This document shows, piece by piece, positions 1 to 9,679 of a stretch of 64,000 nt of DNA; the stretch's first letter is position 1, and each line of letters opens with the position of its first letter. The stretch lies in contig CAZATR010000001.1 of NCBI GenBank assembly GCA_964488035.1, positions 391 through 64,390 on the forward strand, given 5' to 3'. The position numbers were made by a program, and so were the translations under genes. The notes below the pieces were generated by a model. That model was not told the origin of the DNA. It saw only the letters and a list, made by a program, of their open reading frames with translations, and did not search any database. Origin of the DNA: an uncultured Natronomonas sp. (GTDB taxonomy: Archaea > Halobacteriota > Halobacteria > Halobacteriales > Haloarculaceae).

Positions 1-218
1 AACGTCGGTGGGGCGACGATGGTGCCGTGGGGGCCGTCGGCGGCGTAGTCGGCGTCGAGATACAGCGGGTTCGTCGACCCGATGCCGTGCGTCCAGTGTC
101 GGATCGTGTCCTTCGTCGCCTCCTCCACGTACGGCTGGGGCTCGTCGATCTCGTTGCCGACCCGTTCCCGGAGGTCCGCGAGGGCCTCGTCGGTGATGCG
201 GCCCGATGGCTCGGTCAT
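1..218 (-). CDS. MaoC/FAS1-like dehydratase N-terminal domain protein (5' part only; runs off the window)
   Basis: Hand translation from ATG at 218: MTEPSGRITDEALADLRERVG...ATKDTIRHWTHGIGSTNPLYLDADYAADGPHGTIVAPPT, the hot-dog 'I..(F/W)...IG..NPLY.D..YA....G..APP' motif. Not in the ORF track because it is incomplete. Confidence 0.75.
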   Translation of the reverse strand, partial: MTEPSGRITDEALADLRERVGNEIDEPQPYVEEATKDTIRHWTHGIGSTNPLYLDADYAADGPHGTIVAPPT

Positions 219-411
219 ACGGAGTCGAGGACGCACGGCCGGAAATAGTTCGTGGTGGCGCCGGCCACGTGAGCCACGGCGCCGGGCCGTCCACCGATCG
301 CGACGGTCCCTGTGCGTCGAACCTCGGCGAGGACCCGGGGCGCAGGGGCCATTCGGCTCGACGCGGGGGTGCCAAAGAGCTTTGGCGGGGCCGTCGGTAC
401 CGGCTCACCGT

Positions 412-1335
412 ATGCCCGAAGTCGATCCGGAGGTCTGGCAGTATCTCGGCGGGATTACGGACGGTCCGACCCCGGACCTCCACACGCTCTCGGTGGCGGG
501 AGCCAGGACGATGATGGACGATCTCTACGCCGGCGGCGACGGCGCGTCGGTGGCCGGCGTGGCCGAACTGACAATCCCCGGCGCGGTCGAGGACACGACG
601 ATCCGGATCTACACGCCCGAGGGGGAGGCGCCGTTCCCCGCGCTCGCGTTCTTCCACGGTGGCGGATGGGCGCTCGGCGACCTCGAAACCCACGACGGCC
701 TCTGCCGCGCGCTGGCGACGCGGGCCGACTGCGTGGTCGTCGCCGTCGACTACGGCCGCGCCCCGGAACACCCGTTCCCGACGCCGCTGGAGGACTGCTA
801 CCTCGCGACCCGGTGGGTCGTCGAGCACGCCGGCGCGATCGACGTCGATCCTGACCGCGTCGCCGTCGGCGGGGACAGCGCCGGCGGGAACCTCGCGGCG
901 GCCGTCGCGCTGCTCGCCCGCGACCGGGACGGACCGGCCCTGCAGTACCAGTTGCTCGCGTACCCGGTGCTCGACGCCGCGCTGGCGTCACCGTCCTACG
1001 ACGCCAACCCCGGCATTATGTTCTCGGAGCGCGACATGGCGTGGTGCTGGGACCTCTACCTGGCTGACGATGTCGACGCGAAGAACCCGTACGCGTCGCC
1101 GCTGGCCGCCCGGGACCTGTCGGACCTCCCGCCGGCGCAGGTCATCACGGGCGACGTCGACCTGCTCAGGGGCGACGGCCGACGGTACGCCGAACGCCTC
1201 GAGGACGCCGGCGTCCCCGTGGAGTACCTGAACGTCGAGGGGATGGTCCACGCGTTCCTCCAGTTCGAGGGCGTCGGCGGCACCGACGCCGCGCTCGAGT
1301 CGGCCGCCCAGGGGCTCCGGTCTGCGCTCGAGTGA
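412..1335 (+). CDS. alpha/beta hydrolase (HSL-family esterase/lipase)
   Basis: HGGGW oxyanion motif, GDSAGG nucleophile, D (DLLRGD) and H (GMVHAF) of the triad. Start moved to ATG 412 (MPEVDPE). Confidence 0.92.
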   Translation: MPEVDPEVWQYLGGITDGPTPDLHTLSVAGARTMMDDLYAGGDGASVAGVAELTIPGAVEDTTIRIYTPEGEAPFPALAFFHGGGWALGDLETHDGLCRALATRADCVVVAVDYGRAPEHPFPTPLEDCYLATRWVVEHAGAIDVDPDRVAVGGDSAGGNLAAAVALLARDRDGPALQYQLLAYPVLDAALASPSYDANPGIMFSERDMAWCWDLYLADDVDAKNPYASPLAARDLSDLPPAQVITGDVDLLRGDGRRYAERLEDAGVPVEYLNVEGMVHAFLQFEGVGGTDAALESAAQGLRSALE

Positions 1336-1336
1336 G

Positions 1337-1762
1337 TCAGCCGGAGACGGTGGCGGTCGCCGATCCGACCACCGTCGTCTCGCCGTCGCCGGTTTCGGCG
1401 CGGACGGAGAACTCGACGACGCAGTCGCTGCCGTCCGCCGTCACCGACGCCACCTCGCCGACGCCGCGGACGGTGTCGCCCGGCTGGACCACGCTCGTGA
1501 ACCTGACCCCGAACGACCGAACGTTCCCCACGCCGACCCAGTCCGTGACGAGCCGTTCCAGCAGGCCGGCGGTGAACATCCCCTGGGCGATCACGCCAGG
1601 GTGGCCCGCCGCGTCGGCCGCCTCGTCGTCGTAGTGGATCGGGTTGAAGTCGCCGCTCGCGCCGGCGTACTTCACCAGGTCCGCCCGCGTGACGGACTCG
1701 ACCAGCACCTCGGACCGTTCGTCGCCGACGTCGAACGCGGCGTCGGTCGCATCGTCACGCAT
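1337..1762 (-). CDS. MaoC family (R)-specific enoyl-CoA hydratase/dehydratase
   Basis: YAGASGDFNPIHYD...GVIAQGM hydratase-2 motif. Confidence 0.9.
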   Translation of the reverse strand: MRDDATDAAFDVGDERSEVLVESVTRADLVKYAGASGDFNPIHYDDEAADAAGHPGVIAQGMFTAGLLERLVTDWVGVGNVRSFGVRFTSVVQPGDTVRGVGEVASVTADGSDCVVEFSVRAETGDGETTVVGSATATVSG

Positions 1763-2312
1763 CGGTCCCGCCCTCCTCGTCGCGGCCGCCCCCGGCGTCC
1801 GTCCCGTCGGGCGCGTCGTCGGGGTCTCTGGTCTCGATGAACGTCGCCCGTTCCGTGACGACCGGGTCGTCGTCGGCGTCGCGGTAGGTGGTCTCCACGA
1901 CGGCGAACGTCATGGTGTCGCCGTCGCGGCCCTCGCGTTGGGTGACATCGACGAACTCCGAGGTCGCCGAAAGGGTGTCCCCGACGTAGACTGGCCGCTC
2001 GAACTCGTACTCGTGTTCGCCGTGGACGAGGTACCGCTGGTCGAACCCGAAGTCGAAGATGTCGACGAGCGAGATGCCGATCCCCTCGGGCCGGTACCGC
2101 GGGAAGTACGACGTCCGGAGGAACGACAGCGGCGCGGGGATGCCGTCCAGGCCGCGGTCCGCCGCCACCGATTCGTCGCGGTACACCGGATCGTCGTTGT
2201 GGATGGCCTCGGCGAACTCGGCGACCTTGCCGGCTTCCACGGTCAACCCGCTCGTCGTGCGCTTCGTGGTGCCGACGCGGGCCTCGAGGGTGTCGAGTGG
2301 AACGGTCGGCAT
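1755..2312 (-). CDS. MaoC dehydratase N-terminal-type (HadA-like) partner subunit
   Basis: VEAGKVAEFAEAI..DDPVY.D, LVHGEHEYEFERP. ATG at 2312; overlaps the downstream MaoC gene. Confidence 0.85.
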   Translation of the reverse strand: MPTVPLDTLEARVGTTKRTTSGLTVEAGKVAEFAEAIHNDDPVYRDESVAADRGLDGIPAPLSFLRTSYFPRYRPEGIGISLVDIFDFGFDQRYLVHGEHEYEFERPVYVGDTLSATSEFVDVTQREGRDGDTMTFAVVETTYRDADDDPVVTERATFIETRDPDDAPDGTDAGGGRDEEGGTDA

Positions 2313-2314
2313 TG

Positions 2315-3196
2315 TCAGATCCGCCGGAGGTTTTCGTCGCCGGCGACCTGGTCGGGGAAGGCGTCGGCGATCCCTTCTGCGGTCCAGCCGCCCTCGCGGT
2401 ACCCCCAGCGGTGGATCTCGGGGTTCGAGACGAGGCCGATCTCCTCGCCGCCCGCGTACAGCGTACAGCCGGTGACGTCCGACGATGCCTCGGCCAGCAG
2501 GTAGCCGACCATCGGCGCCACCTTCTCCGGCGCCATCTCCTCGCCGAACGGCTGGTGTTCCTCCGGGACCCGTTCGACCATGCGGGTGTAGGCCCGCGGC
2601 ATGAGCGCGTTGACCCGGATCCCGTACCGATCGAGTTCGCTCGAGGCGGTGCGGACGAGTCCGAGGACGCCCGCCTTCGCCGCCGCGTAGTTCGCCTGGC
2701 CGGGGTTGCCGAGCGCCGACCGGCTCGAGACGGCCAGGAACGACCGGCCGTCGGGCAGGTCGTCGTCGTGCTCGCGGGCGCGCTCCCGCCAGTGGGCGGC
2801 GACGTTCCGCAGCAGGGCGAAGTGGCCGCGGAGGTGGACGGCAACGACCTTGTCCCACTGGTCGCCGGTCATCTTGTGGACCATCGAGTCGCCGAGCACG
2901 CCGGCGAAGTTCACCACGCCGTCGAGCCGGCCGTACTCGTCGACCACGTCCTCGACGAGCCGTTCGGTGTACTCGAGCGACGTGATGTCGCCGTAGTGGG
3001 CCATGGCTTCGCCGCCGGCGTCACGGACCGCCGCTGCGGTCTCCTCGGCCGGTTCCTCGGCCTCGCCCTCGCCCTCGACCGTCGTCCCGAGGTCGTTGAC
3101 GGCGACCGTCGCACCCAGTCCGCCCAGTTCCACGGCGGTCGCCGCGCCGATGCCGTGGCCGCCGCCGGCCACGACAACTACCTTGTCTGATAGCAT
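2315..3196 (-). CDS. SDR family oxidoreductase (3-hydroxyacyl-CoA dehydrogenase-like)
   Basis: GGGHGIG, VNDLG, NFAG, GQANYAAAK (YxxxK). Confidence 0.92.
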   Translation of the reverse strand: MLSDKVVVVAGGGHGIGAATAVELGGLGATVAVNDLGTTVEGEGEAEEPAEETAAAVRDAGGEAMAHYGDITSLEYTERLVEDVVDEYGRLDGVVNFAGVLGDSMVHKMTGDQWDKVVAVHLRGHFALLRNVAAHWRERAREHDDDLPDGRSFLAVSSRSALGNPGQANYAAAKAGVLGLVRTASSELDRYGIRVNALMPRAYTRMVERVPEEHQPFGEEMAPEKVAPMVGYLLAEASSDVTGCTLYAGGEEIGLVSNPEIHRWGYREGGWTAEGIADAFPDQVAGDENLRRI

Positions 3197-3626
3197 GGTT
3201 TCGAGGTGTTTGCCGGTCGGGATAAAATTGACTGTCGGCGCGGTGGCCTCGCTGGTGCCCGGTCGCGGTTAAGTCGACCGCGCGGGCGTGACCCTGGCGA
3301 TCGAGTAGCGTCTGGGGCGGTCGGGCCTGCACCGGGCAGTCCGCCGGCCGACCTGCATCCGGTGGCAGATCATATCCCGCTTGCACCGGGGCAGTCGGGT
3401 GGCTGGACCGTGTTCCGCCTGCAGCCGTGTCGTTCGACCGCGTCCCGACCGGCTCGCGTGGTGGCTCGTCTCGCCGGAACGGCCCTCCGGCCGCTCCGGT
3501 GTCGATTCGTGCGACGCGGTCCCGGAGCGGGTCGAACGCCGGTCGGGATGGGGTTCGCTCGGGCCGAAGCAGGAAAACGCTATGGAAACGTGAACTTAGT
3601 TATCCTAGGTCGTCTCAATGGGGGTA

Positions 3627-4832
3627 ATGCGGGACGAGCAACCACTGGAGAACCTCACGGTGATCGACTGTGCATCGCTGTACGCCGGCCCGATGACGGC
3701 CATGTTCATGGGGGATTTCGGCGCCGAGGTCATCAAGATCGAACATCCCGAGTACGGCGACGCGATCAGGGACTACGGCAAGTTCGAGGAGGAACTCACC
3801 TGGCAGTGGATCGCACGGAACAAGAAGAGCGTTCCCCTGGACTTACACGACGAGGCCGCCCAGGAGGTGTTCGTCGAACTCGTCCGGGACGCCGACGTCC
3901 TCATCGAGAACTTCCGGCCGGGGACGCTAGAGGAGTGGGGGATCGGCTGGGAAACCCTCTCGGAGGTCAACCCAGGCCTGGTGATGGTGCGGACGACCGG
4001 GTTCGGACAGAACGGTCCGTACAAGGACCGGCCCGGGTTCGGCACGCTCGCGGAGGCGATGAGCGGCTTCGCGTACGTCACCGGCGATCCCGACGGGCCG
4101 CCGACGCTCCCGGCGCTCGGCCTGGCCGATTCGGTAGCGGCGGCGTTCTCGACGTTCGCGGCGATGTTCGCGCTGTACTGGCGTGACGTGGAGGACGGTA
4201 CCGGCCAGTACATCGACACGAGCATCCTCGAACCCCTGTTCGCGATCATGGGCGAGTACACCGTCGATTACAGCGTCAAGGACTACGTCCACGAACGCCA
4301 GGGGAACCGGAGTCCCCACACCGCGCCGCGGAACACCTACAGGACGAAGGACGACCGGTGGGTGGCCATCTCGGGAAGCGCGGAGTCGATCGCCCAGCGC
4401 GTCCTCCGGATCGTCGGCGGCGAGGAGCTGGCCGCCGACGAGCGGTTCCAGACGATGAAGGATCGCCTCGCCCACGTCGAGGAACTCGACGAGATCATCC
4501 AGGACTGGATGGGCAAGCGGACCCGGGAGGAGATCATCGACATCTTCGAGGCCCACGACGCGGCCGCTGCGCCGGTCTACAACACGAAGGACATCTTCGA
4601 GGACGAACACTTCCGGGCGAGGGACGCGATCATCGAGGTCGAGGACGAGAAGTTCGGGGAGTTCGAGATGGCCGGCGTCTTCCCCGTCCTGTCGGAGACG
4701 CCCGGGAGCGTCGACCACACCGGGCCGACGCTGGGCGAACAGACCCTGGAGGTGCTCTGCGGGGAGACGTCGTTGACGGAAGCGGAGGTGCGTCAGCTCG
4801 CCGCCCACGGCATCACCACCATCGACGAGTGA
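3627..4832 (+). CDS. CaiB/BaiF family III CoA-transferase
   Basis: AGP...GDFGAEVIKIE, RNKKSV.LDL, DVLIENFRPG, GFGQNGPY, catalytic Asp in LADSVAA. Alternative start 3618. Confidence 0.93.
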   Translation: MRDEQPLENLTVIDCASLYAGPMTAMFMGDFGAEVIKIEHPEYGDAIRDYGKFEEELTWQWIARNKKSVPLDLHDEAAQEVFVELVRDADVLIENFRPGTLEEWGIGWETLSEVNPGLVMVRTTGFGQNGPYKDRPGFGTLAEAMSGFAYVTGDPDGPPTLPALGLADSVAAAFSTFAAMFALYWRDVEDGTGQYIDTSILEPLFAIMGEYTVDYSVKDYVHERQGNRSPHTAPRNTYRTKDDRWVAISGSAESIAQRVLRIVGGEELAADERFQTMKDRLAHVEELDEIIQDWMGKRTREEIIDIFEAHDAAAAPVYNTKDIFEDEHFRARDAIIEVEDEKFGEFEMAGVFPVLSETPGSVDHTGPTLGEQTLEVLCGETSLTEAEVRQLAAHGITTIDE

Positions 4833-4962
4833 CGCACCACCCGCACGCCGGGTGACCGCCCGCGTCCCGACGACCATCGTATCGCGCTCGGTCCCGCCGT
4901 CACCTGGCACCGGCCACGGTATCACGGGGCGGGACAGTATCGTCCCGCGGGACGATATGCAG

Positions 4963-5637
4963 CTAGGATAGCGTTCGGACGAGTTGCGCCCCGTCGACGA
5001 ACGGGAGGTCCCGGTCGCGCGCGAACCGCCGGGCGACGCGCTTCGGGAGCGCGTCGCCAGTGCGGTCGTCGAGCATCTCCGAGACGACCACTGCGGGGTC
5101 GACGCCCGCCGCGTCGGCGAGTGCCAGGCCCAGTTCGGTGTGGCCCTGGCGGTTCGACAACAGCCCCGGGGCACCCCGCAGGATGGGGACGTGGCCGGGC
5201 GACCGGAACGACGCCGCGAACTCGTCGAGGTCGGGCGCCCGGGCCGTCGCCGCGAGTTCGGTGATGGTCCGGGCACGGTCGCGGTCGGTCACCCCGGTGT
5301 TCGTCTCCCGGTGGTTCACCGACAGCGAGAACGACGAGCGGTCGTCGTACTGGAGGTCGTGGCAGGCCGCCGTGGGGTGGTCGACGGCATCCTTCACGAA
5401 CGGCAGCTGGAGCGTGGTGGCCGCGGCGTCGGTGATGGCGACACAGATCAGGCCCCCGGCCTCGTTCCGGAGCGTGGCGACGTCGGCGGGCGTCACGGCG
5501 TCGGCCGGGTAGACGATATCCACCTCGCCCTCCCGGTCGTCGAAGTCGTGGATGAGGACGGGGTCGCCCCGCTGGAACGCGGTGATGGCGCTCGCGACGT
5601 CCGGCGGCACGCTCCGTGGTTTACACTCTGTTGACAT
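4963..5637 (-). CDS. ribB: 3,4-dihydroxy-2-butanone-4-phosphate synthase
   Basis: DFDDREGEVD, GGLICVA, SSFSLSVNH..TNTGVTDRDR, FRSPGHV, RQGHTE, SEML motifs. Confidence 0.93.
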   Translation of the reverse strand: MSTECKPRSVPPDVASAITAFQRGDPVLIHDFDDREGEVDIVYPADAVTPADVATLRNEAGGLICVAITDAAATTLQLPFVKDAVDHPTAACHDLQYDDRSSFSLSVNHRETNTGVTDRDRARTITELAATARAPDLDEFAASFRSPGHVPILRGAPGLLSNRQGHTELGLALADAAGVDPAVVVSEMLDDRTGDALPKRVARRFARDRDLPFVDGAQLVRTLS

Positions 5638-6331
5638 TAATGGTCACCTGGGCCCCGCTGTCGACGTCGAGGCGCTCGCGGAGGTTCTCCGGGGCGACGA
5701 CCTCCACGCTGTCGTCGTCGTGGTCCGTCCGCTCGGGCACGATGAGGTGGGCGGGTTTGTAGACGTGGTCGTTGCTTTCGACGGTCGCCGGGTAGCAGTA
5801 CACCGGTCCGTACGTCGTCCCGTCGTCGCTCCACCCGTCGATCCGGATCGGGTCGAGGTCGCGGAGCTGCGATCGGGTCCGCGTGCTGGCCGGGGCGAGG
5901 TCGACGTTGAACGTCCCGGGGAACGGCTCGTAGCCGAGCTTCTCATCGAACTGCTCGCTGTAGCCCGACAGCGTCACGAAGTGTTTCCCCTCGCCCATCC
6001 CGTCGACGACGGTCCCGGTCAACTCGAGGTCGAGCGAGCCTCGGAAGATGTCGCGGTACTGTTCGAACTCGTTCCAGAGGATCTCCTCGCCCTCGGGCCG
6101 GATGAACACGTACTGGCCGTCGGACACCGACTGCCGGTAGATGGCGCCGGCGTCCCAGAGGTTCTGCAGCCGTCGGTTGGCCGTCTGCGTGGAGACGCCG
6201 AGCTGGCCCGCGAGTTCGCCGCTCGAGATCTTCAGCTCCCGTTTCAACGCGCCGTTCTGTGCGAGCTGTTTGAGCGTGCCGAGTTCGTCGTACTGGAGTT
6301 CGACGGACTCGTCGGCTGATTGGATGAGCAT
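5621..6331 (-). CDS. ribK: CTP-dependent riboflavin kinase with N-terminal winged-HTH (RbkR-type)
   Basis: HTH (ISSGELAGQLGVSTQTANRRLQ) followed by GTVVDGMGEGKHF, LGYEPFPGTFN, PERTDH, EVVAPENLR. ATG at 6331; overlaps ribB. Confidence 0.92.
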   Translation of the reverse strand: MLIQSADESVELQYDELGTLKQLAQNGALKRELKISSGELAGQLGVSTQTANRRLQNLWDAGAIYRQSVSDGQYVFIRPEGEEILWNEFEQYRDIFRGSLDLELTGTVVDGMGEGKHFVTLSGYSEQFDEKLGYEPFPGTFNVDLAPASTRTRSQLRDLDPIRIDGWSDDGTTYGPVYCYPATVESNDHVYKPAHLIVPERTDHDDDSVEVVAPENLRERLDVDSGAQVTINVNRV

Positions 6332-6370
6332 AGTGGCACGGGCTCCGATATTGGTGTGCTCAACAGAATT

Positions 6371-6381
6371 AGTGCGGCACT
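6371..6381. promoter_or_regulatory. short palindrome AGTGC-G-GCACT upstream of ribK, candidate operator
   Basis: Perfect 5-bp arms in an AT-rich stretch about 40 bp upstream of the ribK ATG. Confidence 0.3.
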
Positions 6382-6645
6382 GATAAACCTTTCCGCTATC
6401 GAATTGACACGTCAGGCCGGGGGGCGCCGTGGCGCGGCCGCGCGTTTCGCGGGGTGGGTCCAGAGGCGGCATCGGCCGAGGGTGCGAGGACCGCGGCCAA
6501 ACGGATGGGGTCGATCGGGTTGCGGCCGTGCGACCGGCCCGCTGCAGGACGGTGTCGTCGACTCCGACGGCCGGCGGGCGGCGGCGCGCCGCGCCGAGGA
6601 TAGATTTAAGGCCTGAACTGCAAACGTACTGACGTAGAGATAGAC

Positions 6646-8004
6646 ATGGCGACATTCGGAGTAATCCATAACGGTTCGACGAACCTGCCACTGAAGCGAG
6701 TCGAAACCGACGAGGGAGAGGAACAGGTCATCCCGGACGCCTCCATCCGGGAGATGCACGAGGACGCCAAACAGATCCTGAAGGACCAGGTCGAGCACGC
6801 CGTCAAGGCCGAGGAGAACGGGTACGACCGGTGTAGCTTCACCGAGCACCACTTCCAGATCGTCGGCGCGGAGTACAGCCCGAACCCCCTGATGACGTCG
6901 CTGTCGGTCGCGAGCCGCACCGAACGGATCAAGCTCTGCCAGTGGGCGAACATCATCTCCTGGCACGACCCGATCCGGTTCGCAGAACAGGCCGCCCAGC
7001 TCGACATCATGAGTGACGGTCGCGCCGAGATCGGGATCGGTCGCGGCTACCAGCCGCGGGAAGCCGAGGTGCTGGGCGACCAGTACTGGAGCGGCACGAT
7101 CCAGGACCAGGAGAAAAACCGGGTGGTGTTCGACGAGAAGTTCGACATCATCAAGCAGGCCTGGACGGAGGACATGTTCTCCAAGAACGGCTACTACCAC
7201 CACATCCCGCCGAAGCACACGAAGTGGCACCACCTCCAGGAGCGCGTCTACCTTGAGGACGACGTCACGGAGTACGACGTCGACGACATGCTCGACTGGA
7301 AGGAGGGCGACCTCTACTCGCAAGGACTCTGGAACCCAGTCGTCTCGGGCGGCACCCGGCTCACCGCACTCTCGGTGTTCCCGCAACCCCAGCAGGACCC
7401 GCATCCCCAGCTCTGGCAGCCAGTGACCTCCTACCGATCCGTCCGGTGGTGTGCCCGCAACGGCGTCAACGGCGTCTCGTTCGGCGACCCGAACGTCGGG
7501 AACAAGATGGAGGTGTACCACGAGGAGGCCGAGGAACACGACTGGCCGGACCACCGGCCGGAGTACGACGGTGAGCCGTTCAAATACGGTTGGGACGACG
7601 ACCGAGAGCGCGGGATCGGTGTCGGCCGGTGGATTTTCGACACCTCGGCGGCGGACGAGGAGACCTACGAGCGGTGGAAAAAGGGACTCGAGCACGGGTG
7701 GGACTACTTCGGTCCGTTCGGGTTCAATCGGGCCATCACCGGCGACCCGGACGAGCGAGCGACCGCCGAGAAACTCATGGACGCCGACGTGGCGATCGCC
7801 GGTGATCCCGATCACATCTTCGATGAAATCTGCCGACTCAAGGAGGAAACCGGCAGTGAGGACCTGAACCTCCTGATCTTCTTCGAGGTCGGTGGCCTTG
7901 ACGGCGAGGAGATCGACCACCAACTCGAGGCGTTCGCCGACAACGTGATGCCCCGGCTCCAAGAGCAGTTCCCCTCCGGCGTCGAAACGCAGGCGTCGGA
8001 CTGA
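6646..8004 (+). CDS. luciferase-like monooxygenase (LLM class flavin-dependent oxidoreductase)
   Basis: AEENGYD..FTEHHF, SPNP, DPIRFAEQAAQLDIMSDGR.EIGIGRGY, PQPQQDPHPQLW, AFADNVMP. TTTAAG TATA-like box near 6605. Confidence 0.92.
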   Translation: MATFGVIHNGSTNLPLKRVETDEGEEQVIPDASIREMHEDAKQILKDQVEHAVKAEENGYDRCSFTEHHFQIVGAEYSPNPLMTSLSVASRTERIKLCQWANIISWHDPIRFAEQAAQLDIMSDGRAEIGIGRGYQPREAEVLGDQYWSGTIQDQEKNRVVFDEKFDIIKQAWTEDMFSKNGYYHHIPPKHTKWHHLQERVYLEDDVTEYDVDDMLDWKEGDLYSQGLWNPVVSGGTRLTALSVFPQPQQDPHPQLWQPVTSYRSVRWCARNGVNGVSFGDPNVGNKMEVYHEEAEEHDWPDHRPEYDGEPFKYGWDDDRERGIGVGRWIFDTSAADEETYERWKKGLEHGWDYFGPFGFNRAITGDPDERATAEKLMDADVAIAGDPDHIFDEICRLKEETGSEDLNLLIFFEVGGLDGEEIDHQLEAFADNVMPRLQEQFPSGVETQASD

Positions 8005-8035
8005 GCCATCCGCCGGTTACGATTTCGATCTAAGA

Positions 8036-9595
8036 ATGGAAGACTCCGACCATCCGTTGTACAGGTATCGGACCTACGAGGAAGCGATCGAGGGGTACGA
8101 CACGAGCGATCGCTGGGCGGTGTTCGACGGTTCGCCCGACGAGTTCAACATCACCCACGAGTGTCTCGACCGCCACGACGATTCGATGACTGCCGTCCGC
8201 GTGATCAAGGACGACGGGGCGACCGAGTCGTACTCCGTCGGGTCGTTGACCGAGCGCTCCGGCAGGTTCGCCAACGCGCTCGCGGCCCACGGCGTCGATC
8301 GCGACGACCGGGTCGCGGTCATGCTGGAGCCGTCCCGTGCACTCTACGTCAGCATGTTCGGCGTGTGGAAACGGGGTGCGGTCTACGTGCCGATGTTCAA
8401 CCTGTTCGGGCCGCAGGCGATCGAGTACCGTATCGAGGACAGCGAGGCCGATATCCTCGTCACCACTGCCGAGAAGGCGGCAGAGGACGTCCCGGACGAC
8501 CTCGACGTCGAACTGGTGCTGGTGGGCGACGGGTTCGAGGCGTTCTACGAGGGGTACGACGCGGCGTACACCCCGGACACGTCGGCCGACGACGTCTCCG
8601 TCCTCCAGTACACGAGCGGGACCACTGGCCAACCCAAGGCGTATCCGATGCGTCACAAGTCGTTGACACAGTGCATCGTCACGCTCGCGTTCGGGTACGG
8701 CCTGCGTCCTGACGAACGCTACATCTGTGCGTCGCCGCCGGCGTGGGCCCACGGGCTCTGGATGGGGACGGCCGGCCCGCTTGCGCTCGGCACTGCCGCC
8801 GGGGCCTACGCAGGGAAGTACACCCCGGCGGCGCTGCTGGACGGCCTCGAATCGCTCGAGATCGAAAACCTCGCGGCCGCCGCTACCGCACTCCGGAAGC
8901 TCGCACACTCCGGGCTGCTCGACGACTACGACCTCTCGCTCCGGAAGATCACGACCACGGGGGAGCCGATGGACTCGGACACCTACGAGTTCCTCCGGAA
9001 CGAACTCGGCGTCTCCATCGCCGACATCTACGGGATCTCCGAGTACGGCCCGTTCATCATGAACTACAACGGGTTCGACGACTGGGAGCCGAAACCCGAC
9101 AGCATCGGCAAACCACTCCCTGGGGTGGAGGCGGCCGTCATCGACGACGACGGCGAGACGCTCCCGCCGGGCGAGATCGGGGAGATCGCGGTTCGACACC
9201 AGGGGGAGTGGCTCCGCTCCGGCGACGCCGGCTCCGTCGACGCGGCCGGGTACTTCTACCACAAGGGCCGCGTCGGCGACGTCATCATCTCCTCCGGCTG
9301 GCGGATCGACCCCCACGAAGTGGAGGACATGCTGATGCAGCACCCCGCGGTCGCCGAGTGTGCCGTCGTTGCGAGTCCGGACGAGACCCGCGGCCACATC
9401 GTCAAGGCGTTCGTTCGGACGGACGAACCCGGGACGGACGCGCTAATCGAGGAGCTCCAGCAGCTCGTCAAGGACGAACTGAGCGCCCACGAGTACCCGC
9501 GGGAGATCGAGTTCGTGGACGACTTCCCCTACACGGAAAGCGGGAAGATCAAGCGGAAGACGCTCCGGGAGCAGGAGGAAGCCGCGGATGGTTGA
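8036..9595 (+). CDS. acyl-CoA synthetase (AMP-forming)
   Basis: YTSGTTGQPK (A3), YGISE (A5), SGD (A7), GRVGDVI (A8), PYTESGKIKR (A10). Confidence 0.93.
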   Translation: MEDSDHPLYRYRTYEEAIEGYDTSDRWAVFDGSPDEFNITHECLDRHDDSMTAVRVIKDDGATESYSVGSLTERSGRFANALAAHGVDRDDRVAVMLEPSRALYVSMFGVWKRGAVYVPMFNLFGPQAIEYRIEDSEADILVTTAEKAAEDVPDDLDVELVLVGDGFEAFYEGYDAAYTPDTSADDVSVLQYTSGTTGQPKAYPMRHKSLTQCIVTLAFGYGLRPDERYICASPPAWAHGLWMGTAGPLALGTAAGAYAGKYTPAALLDGLESLEIENLAAAATALRKLAHSGLLDDYDLSLRKITTTGEPMDSDTYEFLRNELGVSIADIYGISEYGPFIMNYNGFDDWEPKPDSIGKPLPGVEAAVIDDDGETLPPGEIGEIAVRHQGEWLRSGDAGSVDAAGYFYHKGRVGDVIISSGWRIDPHEVEDMLMQHPAVAECAVVASPDETRGHIVKAFVRTDEPGTDALIEELQQLVKDELSAHEYPREIEFVDDFPYTESGKIKRKTLREQEEAADG

Positions 9596-9679
9596 GCGAC
9601 CGCTGGCCACGTCGGTCGCCCGCTGACGGACCCCGGGGACATCACAAACGTTTTCGTCTCGACCCGTTACCGGTTTGGT

